From Lytechinus pictus (lineage: Eukaryota), in the NCBI RefSeq assembly GCF_037042905.1, contig NC_087251.1:13890001-13954000 (forward strand): 64,000 nucleotides of DNA. Reading direction: 5' to 3'. The position numbers and the translations under genes are program-made. The notes beneath the pieces were generated by a model. It was not told the DNA's origin. It saw only the letters and a list, made by a program, of their open reading frames with translations, and did not search any database. Shown here in pieces: positions 1 to 14,640 of the stretch; the stretch's first letter is position 1, and each line of letters opens with the position of its first letter.

Positions 1-1792
1 ACCGGGATTCGTTTACACTGAAAATTTATGGTAAAGCCTTTCCTCGGAGCCATTCCACATTTCATTAATTGGAAATAATCATCCATGACAATAGCAACGC
101 ATAACTTACATACCTCATACACAAAAATCCTTTCCTATTTTCGGAGCGTACACAATATTATTGTTTCTATTTTCTACCAGAATGTTACATATATTGCAAT
201 AATATTTTCAACCTGAAACCCACGCTTGCAGATTATGGTCGAGTTAACAACGGAGAATAACAGAGCTTTTAAAAATCACAATGACTTTCGGGGGTAACTG
301 TGCGGAAATAATCAAACAATAAACTCGAATGTCTGATGGAGTCTATTTACAAAGAGGAATTATTTATTTCAAATTTTGCGTGGTTTTGACCCTGCATAGA
401 AATGACTCATGAAAATACACTGTCCTGTGGTATAATGGCTCAGCCGTGTTGAAAAGGGAAACTGTATGTATAATGATTCTAACTAACGAACGCAATGTCA
501 GAGAATAATTATATTGGACATGCGGGTACATAGGTATTGTTTTACCAAAGGATTTTGATATAGTTCATCAAAATCAGTAAGAATTAATCTTTCAAGTACA
601 TAAAATTATCAAAATTACATGAAGGCATATTGGGGTAGAAGTGTATGTCGATATAGTTGGTAAAATTCATTTGTCATTATGCCATAATGCCGCTACATAA
701 TTATGTTAATCACTATAATGTTCACTCTTCTCTAGTATTTATGTCCTTGGTTTATTCAAGTGTATGACGTTTGAAATCATGATATAGGCCTACCAATTGA
801 ATTAGGACAATAATGAGTTGCTTCTTTGTGTCCAGTGTGTGTCGTGTTTTCTTTTTGGATAAAAATAATGGACACTATACCTGCATGGTATAGGCTCTCG
901 ATTTGAGTTGCACCTTTCTTTCTTTCTTAATATGTATATCATTTTTTCAGACACATTATAATCATCAAGGGCACAATGGTAAAAATTACACTCACAATGT
1001 ACCTTTGATAAACGCCCGAGGCATAGCCCAGGGTGTATGCCTGTTTCAGAAGCATTATGTTATTATATAATGCTCTATCAAAATTATGTAGGATTGATAT
1101 TTGATAACAATACGCCAGGCCCATGTAAGAAGGCTAAGCTAAGAGGTGTCACAGATTTTGTTACCTCCAAATTTTACTCATCCTCTCTCTTTCACATATA
1201 CATACACCCCTCACTACCGCCAAACATAGGCCTATGAGATTTCATAATTCTCTATACTTAAAAATGATGAAATGGCAACATTTTAGGTCTATATTCAGCA
1301 GTCCTACTATAGAAATATGTTGTGTCACAACGCAAGCAAAGCAAATAACTGATAGAGACATTTCGTTGAATTATGACACGATCAATAATAGATAATTGAA
1401 TTACAGTTGACCCCTTGGTCGAGGACAAAGAGTTTCGTTTCCTGTTCACCCATCTCATTTTGAAAACAAAGACAACCCTACCAATAAATGTTACCATACA
1501 AAACAAAATACGTAGGCCTCCGCGGGGTAGGCCTACACATGATTGCAAATTCATTCCTTCACATTCATTACATCCCATATTTTCCTGTATAATCATGATA
1601 ATACTTCTCTCTCTATATTGATGCCAGGTCACACTTGGTCACCAGGGTCAATGCATGGTCAGTGCAAAGATTTCCCTGGTCGGACTCAATGAACAACAGT
1701 TGTATTCACCTATAAAGCAGTAGTAACCATCATGAGTAGGCTACAGTGGATATATTTGTATTTTGACCGAGTATAAAAATATTGATACTGAC

Positions 1793-1897
1793 CTTTCCTG
1801 GAACCGATGGTCTAGGAACACAGCAGAAGCAACATCTTAGAAAGCATAGCTTGCATTTGCTTGGCCCTTTAGGCTTGATGTCTCCTAGATCGGGCAT
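1793..1897 (-). CDS. Probable first coding exon of an unidentified minus-strand gene (MPDLGDIKPKGPSKCKLCFLRCCFCCVPRPSVPGK)
   Basis: caccATG start context, 35 open codons, phase-0 donor AAG|GTCAGT at 1792. Possible upstream non-coding exon (donor AAG|GTAAAT at 2016, acceptor TAG at 1928) within a CpG-rich stretch at about 1930-2180. Downstream exons unresolved. Confidence 0.5.
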
Positions 1898-4617
1898 GGT
1901 GATGATGGAGATGATGTAAAAACACCGCTATATGCGAGACAATACACGAGATAACGCGTGGACGGTATGAGATTGGTGCTTGCAAATCAATGAATGAATG
2001 GAAAATAATTATTTACCTTTGAGTTCGCGGAACGTGAACGAGCGCGGGAGAGAGTGCGGAATGATGGTATACATGTACGATAGTGTGCATAGTGCGTTGG
2101 TTGGGCTCTCTCGTTTTCCCTCGTCGGCCACGCCCTTTTCTCATCGAATAAATTCAACCTGGTTTGCAGAGCTTCGATCTACCTCCAGAGTGGAATGTAG
2201 CACAATGAACAGCCATATATATGTTTTCTCGGCGTTTGGTATCTTCGTGTTCTTGGCATCCTGAATAAAACGCAGAGCATCATGATTATGACCCCTTATG
2301 CCTATTCCAATGATTCCGCTCTATTTAACATCTGTGACGTAATTAAGATGTAAACCAAATAGGCATATAGGTCAAAATGTATTATTATTCTCTGTTTTCT
2401 ACGATCCCAATTGCATGGTAAAAAGTAGGCCTATTATTTTGTCGAGTTTGAGTGCCTACCAGACGATAGTGCTCCCTGGTTATACTTTAGAATGCACCAA
2501 AATTACCATCCATATAAAATGTTCGTTATTTATTATTAACATGACTAGAATATTAATTTAGCTCCTATATGCCCACTAAATTATTAATGGGTGACGAATA
2601 TACTGTTTAGAAATAGACCCATATGTCTTAAATCAAGGATAGTGTTACTAGTGGTGTTTTGTACTTGTGATGCGCGCATGATCATGATAAATGCGAATTT
2701 AGATGAATTATTAGGTTGACAAAGCGAAAGAGTGCTTCTGCATTTTCAACATTTCTTCGGTCATGTCACGTCTAGTGCATCAGCCGTATCTCCATGGCCA
2801 CAGCCGAGTTTTTATCACGGTAACCAACAGACGACGAGTGTTATGGCTCATTTTGTTGTAACCTTGAAAAACAAAAATACTGCTATATTCATTTCTTTTC
2901 TGAAGTATCTTGGGATTGTATACCACGCAGCCACGGGTCATGCAATTCTGATGACCCATTCTGGCTTTGGCTGCCGCCCCCACTTGCAAACTTATCCGGC
3001 CGGGGTTCGAATACTTTAACAGACTCGCTCTATGAACATTCACTACAGCAGAAACCGCTGAGAATTTGGGGGAATTCATTAAATTGCGCTCTTCAAACAT
3101 GTTTTCTATCATGGGAATAATATTCTGACTTGGTTTCCTACATTCAAACCACCTTGTCTTGTTCGAGCCATGTAAGAAATAAAACGAAATAAACAGACGA
3201 ATCGGAAGGGTGGGGGTTAAAAGGCTCTGGCCTAAACCAATGAACAGTCTACATTTTCACCATTATGAGGGCTAGGTCAATCTCCCTGAAACTTTTCAAG
3301 AAACAACTTCATGATTAGGGTTTAAGTAGTTAGAATTCTACTGGAAAACCCTTAAACATTTAAAAATGTGTTCATTTGATATTTAAAAGTCTCCACACGA
3401 CCCCCTTGCTATTATTCAATAGAAAAACCATTCTTAAATTGTATTTTGGTAACGTAAATTGATTCTTCTAAAAAAAATACATGCCATTATAGCAGTTGAG
3501 TAAAGCGCACTTTTATCCCTAAATTTGGAATGGATAATAATCTAATTTGATACAAAAAAAAGGAATACCTTGTGGTATTTGGCAGTCTTTCCCATTTTAA
3601 AACCGCATGTAAATAATATGTTAAAATAAAACATTTTGGCAGGCTATGTTGCAGAAAAAAAAAACTGCAGAAATTTGTTTTTCGAATTCTATCATGAATC
3701 ATTATGTTAGTTTTTCATGCCAACCATGTTAATTGTGTATATCCCTCAAATATCTGTCCAATGTTAACAGTCACGTGCAAACAGTTGATCAATTAACACG
3801 CTACTTTGTTGTAATATTTGGTCTATTTATGGCCAACAATAACATCCAGTGGTTTCTCCTTTCCTCCCTCTTCTTCTATCCCCTTTTCTTCATTTTGAAT
3901 ATTTTTTCATTACTTTAAAAAAGGCGGGGTCACCTTCCCTCCGTATCCCATGATATGAGAATTTTCATCAGGAACATTTTATTAACATGCGAATAATAGT
4001 TTTTTTCATACAAAGTTCATAATGATTTAGAAAACAAAAACAAGCCGCAACAACAAGAAACTTCATGAAACCAAAATCAACGATTCGACGGGACAATAAT
4101 AATTATGACAACAATATGCAGTGAGCAGTGAGGGTGCGTTGTATCTCGCTTGATGGATCTATTCACGGGGCGTATTTTGATAACGTCATCTACGGTGGGA
4201 AAAAGGCCAGAATCTGGACTGTACAGCAAAACATGAAAGTGAATTTTAATCTCACTATTAGACCTTTAACTATTAGTTGATTTAGAAAGCATGCTGCTAG
4301 CAACTGCCACTTAGCATAAAAAAACATCAAAGTGCTCCCGGGTTGTTATAGGTTGGTTGGTATTACTTTGAGTGTAAAGGTATATGGCTTATAATAATTC
4401 TAAATATATATAATTATATAAAAGCATGTACCTAGTATTAGTTGGTTATACGGTGCATCTCCAAAAAAAAACTACACTTTTGAAATGGCGGCCAAACAAC
4501 AAATATATAATATTGGAGGAAAATTTGTAAATGTATGGAAAGCCAGTATAGTCAACTTTGAAATGAAACCAAAAAGTTAGAAAACTAATCATGATTGGAT
4601 GAGCACTGTCCACTTAA

Positions 4618-5232
4618 ATGACAAGTCCACCCCAACAAAAAGTTTATTTGAAAAAAAAGGAAAATCCAACAAGCATAACACTGAAAAATTCATCAAATTT
4701 GGATGTAAACTAAGAAAGTTATGACATTTTAAAGTTTCGCTCAATTAAAAAAAACTGTTATATGCACATCCTGGTCGGTATGCAAATGAGGAGACTGATG
4801 ACGTCATCCACTCACTATTTCTTTAGTATTTTATTATATGAAATATGAATATTCTGATTTTCTCCTCATTGTCAAGAGAATCAATGATTAATTCCTCCCT
4901 GAACATGTTGAATTAGCACTGTCTAATACTATATGGTTCAGTCAAGTTGGTCCCTATTGTCAGATTAAAGAAAAAAGAAGAAATATTGCATAATTCAAAG
5001 AATAAAAAACAAAAGAAATAGTGAGTGAGTAACATCATCGACTGTCTCATTTGCATGTCACTGAGTTGTGCATACTGCATATCACTGTTTTGTGAAAAAA
5101 TAAGCCAAACTTTAAAATGTCATAACTTTCTTATTTTTCATCCGATTTTTATGAAATTTTTAGCGTTATGCCAATTTGATTTTTCTCTCTTAATTCAAAT
5201 CAACATTTTGCTGTAGTGGACTTAATTGACCT
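4618..5232. mobile_element. Kolobok/T2-type MITE, family 1
   Basis: TTAA flanks, degenerate AGGACAAGTCCAC...GTGGACTT..GACCT ends, internal inverted segments; same family at 18961, 27730, 34102 and 40470. Confidence 0.75.
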
Positions 5233-5981
5233 TTAAATAAAGGGTTTGAAAATCATATAGGCTGGGCAGGAATTAGCCTTTCAATTTCTTTCAGATTTTT
5301 AGAGGGGGGTCCTTTTCGAATTTGCAATGTTGAAAGTGTTTTGATAATTAATTATCAATTTTGGTTCTTTAATCAAATTCCATGAATTATTAAATTGAAA
5401 TTTAATGCAATTTAATTTTAACTTTATCATGTTGATCCCATCAGAGTGAGAGTGTTCATTGGAGTCAGGAGAATGGGGGATGAGTTAGGACTTAAGTGGA
5501 TGGAGTAGGTTAATGGGAACATTATTTTAGTTTTAAAAGGGGGATATTACCCTGACGTCTGCCAGTTTTGGTAAATGCAAAACAAGTAATAAGAGGAATA
5601 TAGTAATGATTTAACAAATACATACATTGAAGTATTTATTTCGTAGCTTGTATAATCAGCCCCCCCCCCCCTCCATATCTCGATTTGTTATACAACTTAC
5701 ATAAAATACAATTTTAATGTTTCAGTGAAGTTTTTTTCCTGGTTTGTATGGAGTTGTTTATGCCTAATTCACACCAATCAAACCAATAACTAAAGGATCT
5801 CTAAATATTTACCCATGGGCCATGGCTCATACGAAATTTCCAATTTAGATCTCATTCGAAGTGCTAATTAAAATTCTTTAATCTGATATCGATTTTCTCA
5901 AATGGAACATTGATTTCAAATGTATATACTCGATATGGCAGCCAACGGGGATGACCCTTTTTGTTTGGAAACTGTGATTGT

Positions 5982-6405
5982 CTCCGGTGGGGGGGGGGGG
6001 GGGCAGTCTAATGCATTGCTGTATACACATGCGTGACCAAATTATTTCCAAACACCCCCTAAACGTGTTTTTTCTCTGTGTGCAAAATAACCCCTAAACA
6101 AGTTTTTTGCGGGTTTTATTCACACATTTTGGCTCCTAAACAAGTTGTCGCCAGAATATGACCCCGGGGAAAAGCATTGGAAAAAAGAATACCCTAAATA
6201 CGTTTTAGCCCGCGATTGACCATTGACCAGTCTTTCAGAACCACCCTTTTTCTTGAAAATCTGTGTTTTTGATACCCTAACGATCAGTGCACGCGAGGCC
6301 CGCGTCCAAAACTGCAAAAAAACCTAAACAAACACCCCTTTAAACGCGTTTTTTTGGTCACGCATGTGTACATCAATATATTTGACTGCCCCCCCCCAAA
6401 CGGGG
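5982..6405. mobile_element. MITE with C-rich/G-rich ends and 5-bp TSD ATTGT (unclassified)
   Basis: Inverted ends GGGCAGTC..GTATACACATGCGTGACC / GGTCACGCATGTGTAC..GACTGCCC; ATTGT at 5977-5981 and 6406-6410; reverse-oriented partial copy at about 38555-38878. Confidence 0.65.
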
Positions 6406-7180
6406 ATTGTCATGGACCCGAATCTTTCTTTACCCTTCCCCTCTCAGTGATTTCATTCCTCTTCGCACCTCCTTCTTTCTCACCCACTATCCTCATCCCA
6501 ACTGGCGTACATCGGGGGGGGGGGGGGGCTCGGGGGCTCTGGCCCCCAAAAGTTTAACAACTTACAATAATGGAAATAAGGAGAAAAAGAGGAAACTTGT
6601 GAAATATGAAATTATCTGGAACATCATGTCAAAATCTATCACAAAATTAGATTTTTATTCTAAACAGGCCAACATTTTCAATTGCTCGCTGGCGACTTAA
6701 AGGGATGCTCCGGCCTGAAGATATTTATATCTAAAAAAATAGAGCACAATTCACAAAGCAAAATGCTGAAATTTTAATCAAAATCGGATAACAAATAACA
6801 AAGTTATTGAATTTTAAAGATTCGCATTATTCTGGTGAAACAGTTCTAGGCATATCTTCATAAATATTCATTAGGTGTGCTGATTGTGTCATATCGCCAC
6901 TTGTTCTTCTGTATTTTATTATATGAAATTAGGTTTATTGTATTTTTTTCTACTAAGAACTAAAATAATTCAGTTTCGCATAAGAATATTGCAAAATGGG
7001 AGAATTAAAAAAATTATTTTCTTCCTTTTGCAACCAAACTATTCTGACGAACTCATTTGTCTGTTTCTAAATCTTTAGTCACTCTGATGATACTAAAGAC
7101 AATTTGAAATTCAAATGAAAACGTGAATGAAAGTGGCAAAGAAAAATCACTTTTTAATCAAAAGAGAGTGGATTAATTTC

Positions 7181-7407
7181 AGTTTACTTGCAAAAGGGGT
7201 TAGGTCCACAATGATATTTTTTTTAATATATAGAAAAAAAATTAAAGATAGGTAGATTTCTTTTATACCCAATCTTATGTTCACATGATAGGGTAGTACA
7301 TCATGACAATTTAGTTTCTCATAAGAATATTGCAATAAGTGAGAATAAAAAACATGTTTTTTCTCGGAATGGTCCAAAGTGGACCTAACCCCTTTTGCAA
7401 CTAAACT
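7181..7407. mobile_element. Small MITE with 29-bp terminal inverted repeats
   Basis: AGTTTACTTGCAAAAGGGGTTAGGTCCAC (7181-7209) versus its reverse complement at 7379-7407, one mismatch. Confidence 0.65.
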
Positions 7408-9181
7408 CTTCATATACTTCATATAAATAAATAGTATTTTTCAATTTTGTTTTACTTATTTGTTTATTTGTTTACTTTAGATGTATACATGCATAATACA
7501 TCTATTCCGCTACGCACTGAAGACTACATACAAAATATGTTTTTACTTCGAGAACAATAAATACTAGACCTATAACCTATATCCTACCTTCCTCTATCAT
7601 TCAGTAAACTAAATTCATTTCATCGGCTTAAAGCAGCACGCATATTGTGCGTGATATGTGAAAGAAATGTCCGGTCTTCCTTATATTTTATTCTTCCTCT
7701 TCACTCCTGTCTGTCACTGTCCACCAATGCATACTAATTATCGACCTTCAAAGAGTGCATTGAAGAAAGTTCTTTTGAGTGCTCACTGTTACATCCTAGG
7801 GTCCATGGTTACATCATCTTGATCACACTCCGTTTGTAGAGAAGCCCCCAAAACGCATTCCTTCTTTTAAGATGATGTTGCTATAACTATTGGAATGTCC
7901 TTGAAAATATTTTCCTACTTGTTATTCAATCCATATCATTCGAGTGATGATATCGTTGTTTGATTATCATTGGAATAAAAATATCATACATGTATTTATT
8001 CAGTTGATTATTCATTCAAACATGAGTACAGGATCAGAGTAATTTTTTTTATCACGGTTCTCTTAATAGACATAGTGCATTATGTAATAAATACTAAAAG
8101 AAACAAATACACAATTTGTTCTTTTGTAGAAAGCGTTTAAATGTGTAGTGTCAACTTGTTAAAAAAACAATGCAGCTAAAATGATATAAATCTCAACAAG
8201 AAAACTGAATGAATTTATGATCAGAGCATATCGTCGACAGAAATTGAAAGACTGATAGATTACATTTAGCATGGGGCATATAATATTATGCAAAATTGCT
8301 TACCCTCCGTGAGCAGCGCCACCAAATTACTTGACAGCCGAAAGCTTGCCGATGGTAAAGCAGTATCATATTAATGATGCAAAGACAAATTAATGTAAAT
8401 TACATAATAACATAATGAGGTAGAAAGCGATGGTTTTATTTGTCATAAAGTCTAATATAATTGCTTTGATGTTGCTGCTAAACATCACACCAGTCCGATT
8501 GACAAAGGTATATATCATCCAGTTTATTCAATTAAATTTAATTGAAATACATATTGGCCTACTAATTTCATTTAATTGGCCAATGTTACTAGTATTCATG
8601 AATGAATATTTATAATACAAATACATGATAAATAATGAGGCATATTACAAACGTCACAAAGAAGAGAAACTACAAATACGACCACTGTGTGCATTAAAAA
8701 TTAGAGACTAATGAATTCTAGTAGATACAGTTCTTGTGTAATATGACACCAAAACAATAATTATGAGTATCAATGGTGCAGTGTGAAAATCAAGAGTCAA
8801 TGAAATATAAATACAATGTCATTATTTTTCACAATTTAGCGCGTAGAATTAGGCCTAAGCCCTAAGAATGACTCATATAAGTAATTGGGCTGACCTGTAA
8901 AAAAACTTAAAAACTAAGCCTGTTTCGTTTGTAACTTTTGTTATTGCTATTAACCATATATATATATATATATATATTGGTATTATTTTCATTAATATGT
9001 ATTACTAATATTTACTATGCCCTTTCTATTACCTATTGATATTTTATAAACCAAGTGTAGCCTAATATCAGAATGGAATCATTTCTCGTGTAAGATAAAC
9101 GGGTTTTTGGAGCTAGTTATATCATCATCATCATCATCACAATATTAAAGTTGTATTGCTGTTATTGATATTATTTCTACT

Positions 9182-9536
<355 letters not shown>

Positions 9537-10012
9537 TTCTTCTTATTGTGCTTATTCAATACTATATAAAAAAAAAGTAGCTAGAATTCCAGATTTCATC
9601 CCGGGTCCATTTACTTCCAATATTTTAGTACCCATATATTTCCATCCAAAATAATTCATTATCAACGTTCAATCATACACGCACACCCACCCACATTCAT
9701 ACTCACACATAAGATAAAAGGTAAGTGAAAACTGTGTCGCGACCTATTGGTCTCGTGGAAAATCGATATACATGTATTGTCAATTCCTCGCAACGATGAG
9801 ATTATCACCTCCTGAAAGTTAAGCACTTTACATGCATTGTCGAACCCAAAATGGCTCTCCTAATCCAGGGTGTTCATTTTGTTCTTAATGAAAGAAAACT
9901 AAGTGATATTCAGCATGGGAATCGCACATATGTATGCATAATGTAGTTACAATATCTTCGGGAAGTTTAATCTACATTTTGTCACTTTCTACATTAGCGC
10001 AACTCTTAACAT

Positions 10013-10512
10013 GCCTCATCACCAAGAACTAAAACCAACTACGGTGACAGATCCTTCTCAGTTATTGCCCCGAAGCTCTGAAACAATCTCCCCATTAATG
10101 TACGTGAGGCATCATCGTTAGAACTGTTTAAGTCCCTCCTTAAAACCCACCTCTTTTAATAAGTTTCACTTGCCTATTTTTGCTTCTTTTGTGTTCTGTA
10201 TGAAATCATCCCCCTTAGTTAATTTGCATTATCATATTGTGTTCAGATTTTTAAAGTCGGATTGTAAGCTTAGTTATTAGGATTATTTAAATTTACATAC
10301 ATGATTATCGACCCGTTATATTTAAGTTGTGTATTCAGCGATTATCTCTTTATTTGTACGTATAATTAATTTTTCGTAATGGTGTTTTCACTTTCAGTTC
10401 CTTTGTTGTTCTTTTTCTGAGATATCTTGTATTCCCCCCCCCCTTCTTTCTTAGCGCTTTGAAACTTTTGTATAAAGCGCTCTATAAATTTTGTATATTA
10501 TTATTTATTATC
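10013..10512 (+). mobile_element. 3' end of an L2/CR1-clade LINE (5'-truncated)
   Basis: Translates PRTKTNYGDRSFSVIAPKL*NNLPINVREASSLELFKSLLKTHLF*, typical of the L2 ORF2 C-terminus with a W>stop change; followed by a 3' stem-loop GCGCTTT..AAAGCGCT and an (ATT)n tail. Confidence 0.85.
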
Positions 10513-10697
10513 AAATTAATCCATTTAAGTACAAGATGTGTGCTTGAAATTAGAAGTTAAGTGATGGATGAAATATCTTCTACGATATATTGCATCAATT
10601 ATAGAAGGGATTGTTATTATGCTCTCTGTGAGAAATAAAATAAAATCCACGGTCCATGAAATTTTACAATGTTTCGTTATATCTTATACTCTCTATC

Positions 10698-13143
10698 TAG
10701 GGGCGGAAATCTCTCCCAAAAGGTGGGGGGACACAGGGGCGGATCCAGCCTTCGCCAATAGGGGGGCGGCGGAAATTTGTTTCAGCCATATTTTCCCCGA
10801 TCAGCAGCTCGAAGATGATTTGTGTTTGTTTCTTTGAAGGAATAGTCCTCATTAGTCACTTCTTAGCTTTATTCTTATGAATTCATATATAATATCATAA
10901 TCCTTATTTATATGATGCGAGCGCGAATCGCGAGCTAATTTTTTGGAATTTTTTTTTCCTAAAATTTGAACATTCTGGGCAATGTTTGTTATCCTGAAAA
11001 AAATGTGTATGAAACTTAATAACTACTAAGAACGCAAAGCGCGAGCAGAAATGAACTGATGGAAAAGATACCTGTTAAAGACTGCGTGCAGTTAGCATTT
11101 AACAATCAAATATTGCGAGCGCGAAGCGCGAGCTGATTTTTTTGACATTTTCACCTAAAGAATGGAAATTCTAAGCAGTTTTTGTAACTCAAGTAGAATA
11201 GGTATAAAAGTAGACAATTGATGCGAGCGCGAAGCGCGAGCGGAAAATTTCGAGATTTAGTCCTATAATATTTACTGAACGAGACACTCTATTCATGGTT
11301 TGTAAATCATGAAAAGGATGAGTATTAATAATACGAGCGCAAAGCGCGAGCAGAAAATTTTTATATACGTTTTGAACTGGTACCTGTTGAAAAGGTACCT
11401 GTTAATGACTGCTTGCACTTAGCCATGAAGGCGTTACATATTTCAACAATCAAAAAATGCGAGCGCGAGCTGAAAAATTTAGAAAACTTCTAAAGAAAGA
11501 ATGGAAAATTTTAATCAATTTTTGTAATCGTGAACAGGATAGCTATATAATTCAACAATTGATGCGAGCGCGAAGCGCGAGCAGGAAAAAAAATCGAGAT
11601 TTAGACCTAAAAATGGGCCACTCTGTTCATGTTTTGTAAACAGCTATAGGCTGATCGAGGGCTTTTTACCGTGTTTGAATAAAATAAATCAATAAAAATC
11701 AATGTTTTGTAAATCATGAAAAGGATGAGTAATAGGGGGTCTTCCTACATTAATTATGCGAGCACAAAGCGCGAGCAGAAAAAATTTGATATTGTGATCT
11801 GAAACTGGATACTGATTTAAATAGAGAACAAGTTGAGTATTTGAATAAACATGCGCGCGCGTGTTTCATATTTAGACCTAGAATCTAGGCATACATCTTT
11901 AATCATGAAACTTTGATATTCCGATCTGAAAAAGAGTCAATTAAAGCTTTATATTTCAAGCACTTTGTAGGAAAATTGTAAAGTGGATATGGATCGCACT
12001 TTAAAAAAAGAGCTAAAATTTTCATTATAATTACTTTGAGTTTTGACATAGGACCGGGACATCCTTACGACATGTAATGAAAATGATGACTATCTTCCTA
12101 TTCCTCTTGCTAAGCGCGAGATGAAACAAAAGGGACAATTTAATTATTAAATTAATATCATATTTATTAATGCCTAATGAGGGCGCGAAATCTGATGATG
12201 TTATGGCATAAAAACTGGACATTTCACTTTTGTAATTATGAATATGATGCATCAGTTAATATATTTTTAAACATTAATGCAAGCGCAAATCGCGAGCTAA
12301 AATTTTTGATAAACTGTCATGAAAAGGGAATTTTAAGTAGTTTGTTGTATAATCAATATTGAAACATACATAACACGCCAATCAAAATGCCAGCGTGCAG
12401 CGCCAGCTGATACGTCTTGACAATCAGACCTGAAAAGGGATATTTTGAAAACTTTATGGAATACACGAAAATGATAGGTACCTGATAAATAAAAATTTGC
12501 GAGCACGCAGCGCAAGCAGCAAATGTTGATATAATTATTCAGACCATAAAACTGACATTTTTACAGAGCACTTAAAAAAAATCAATTTGTAAATCACACA
12601 AAATAATGAAAGTTCAATTTCCGAGGTGAAATATGTTTTGTACATTGACTTCCAAACTTGATATTTGAGCTCCATATTGAACAAGATATGTAAATCACCT
12701 AACAGGCAATGCGAGCGCGAAGCGCGAGCGAAAATTTTATATAGTGGCACGAAAGATTCTTTTTATTTTCCAAGTCTTCCCCTAATCTTGTTTTATGCAC
12801 TCGTCGTCCTTCTCTTCCTTTTCTCCTCTCTTTTCCCTCCTTTTTTCCTTTTTCATTCTTTCTTTCCCTTTTTTTTCTTTTTTTGCTCCGCCAATAGGGG
12901 GGGGGGGGGGGGGCCTCGGCCTCCCCTGGATCCGCCTATGGGGACAAGGGGCGGGAAAATTTGACAAGCAAAAAAAAGGTTATCATCCCAAAAGTACGGT
13001 CATCTCGTCCCAACTCGTCCCAAAATACATGTTTTATTTTATTTCTTACCATGAAAGACAAAAAATAGTAGGGGGGCATTTGATATTGTATCCCCCTACT
13101 ATTTTGAGTAGGGGGGCTGTCCCCCCTGGGATTTCCGCCCATG
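10698..13143. mobile_element. hAT-like non-autonomous element (outer) with 8-bp TSD TCTCTATC
   Basis: Ends TAGGGGCGGAAATC / GATTTCCGCCCATG; TCTCTATC at 10690-10697 and 13144-13151. Confidence 0.8.
10734..12940. mobile_element. hAT-like non-autonomous element (inner, nested), about 2.2 kb
   Basis: TIRs CAGGGGCGGATCCAG / CTGGATCCGCCTATG; GGGACA on both flanks; many internal GCGAGCGCGAAGCGCGAGC motifs. Confidence 0.75.
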
Positions 13144-14489
13144 TCTCTATCTAAATTTTTGTTCAAGTGGAGACGATGGGAGAGCCCAGTTATTTTAATG
13201 AACAAAATGATATGCAATATACAGAAAATTCGTTAAAACCAATTCAAATTTTAGCGAAAGTTTCAAGATTCTTTTCAGTTTGATATTGCAGTAATATTCA
13301 TACATGCATTTATATCATGTTTATAACGATCGTATATACAAAATCAACCTCATAACGGGCGACGATGCTCGCGTTTCAATGTTATTTTTCTCCATTCATT
13401 GATTTTTTTTAAACTTTCTTCATTTTGTCAAAGTGAAAACATCTATATTCTCAATAAATCATGATACATTGTATCACGTTGCACGACCATTCAACATTTG
13501 TTGTGGATATAGAAATCGATAATACTACACACATCGATCTGTATACTGCGCATGTAAGTTTGTGTCAGGGAGAGGGGAAAGCGGGGGTGGGTGGATAAGC
13601 ATGATAAGGGAAAGAGAGGGGGAGAGGGAGAGAGAGAGGGAGTAGGCTTATGCAACAAAGATTCAATCGTGCAGATATGATTGATTCATCGGACTTGTTT
13701 TACGTTTTGAAGGTTTTCATTTTTTGCCTATCATAAAATATGCGAGGGATCCACAAACTTGACAAAACCGCTTTGAAAAAAGACATTTATTAATGAGACA
13801 TAATTATATGGATGTTTAACGCTTTGCATTTTTTTCTTTCGGAATAATCAGCGAAGACGTCCTATATAGATGGCTTAAAATAGGAATCACAATGCGACCA
13901 TAAAAAAACAAATTATAAGAAAGTACTACAACAACCAATTTTATTTTTATGATAGCTTTACATTCAGAATAATCATATTTGATTCATAAATATCCTCCTT
14001 ATATCATTTATTTAGTATTCTTTTTTCTTTTTTCTAATAAGTGTTTCAATTTCAGATGATTTATGAATATGTCTCGTATAGGGCATATTTTCTTTCCTAT
14101 AACATCATTTCAGACGATTCCTACAATTTCATATTTTCAAACGTCATTAAAATTATTTAGCACATACGAGTGATGGCAAAACGAATTTTCTCGTCTATAC
14201 GATGCAACACCGGCACCATTCTATCTGTAGTGATTTTTAAACACTTTTTTGTATCATCCCAATAAAGATATAACCTTTTCGAAATTTTAGACTCCCATGA
14301 TAGTCATGATAGTTAAGAGACGTTACATATTTTAACATTAATTTTGAAGTGAAACGCATCCATTTCATTTAAGGAAATAACAAAAATAATTTGAAGTGTT
14401 TCGTTTGTTTGATTTCCAATTACATTCACAAATGACTGAGATACTCGCAGAGCGATTGCATTCATTTCACCTGTATACCAAAGTGGGAG

Positions 14490-14640
14490 AGATAAACAGA
14501 TCCAGGCATGGGTAAACATCAGGGTCTCTCATGTGGTTGGTACTAATCGCATCCGGGTATCGCTAGTGAGGGTTGCTACGTGTTCCCAACGCAAACAAAT
14601 TTCACACACATTGTCTGAACAAATAAGTTGGGCGCTCTGT
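14490..14640 (+). promoter_or_regulatory. Putative SPEC3 proximal promoter with forkhead-type motifs
   Basis: CpG-rich stretch just 5' of the ATG; RYAAACA at 14492-14498, 14512-14518 and 14591-14597; RFX half-site GTTGCTA at 14572. Confidence 0.35.
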
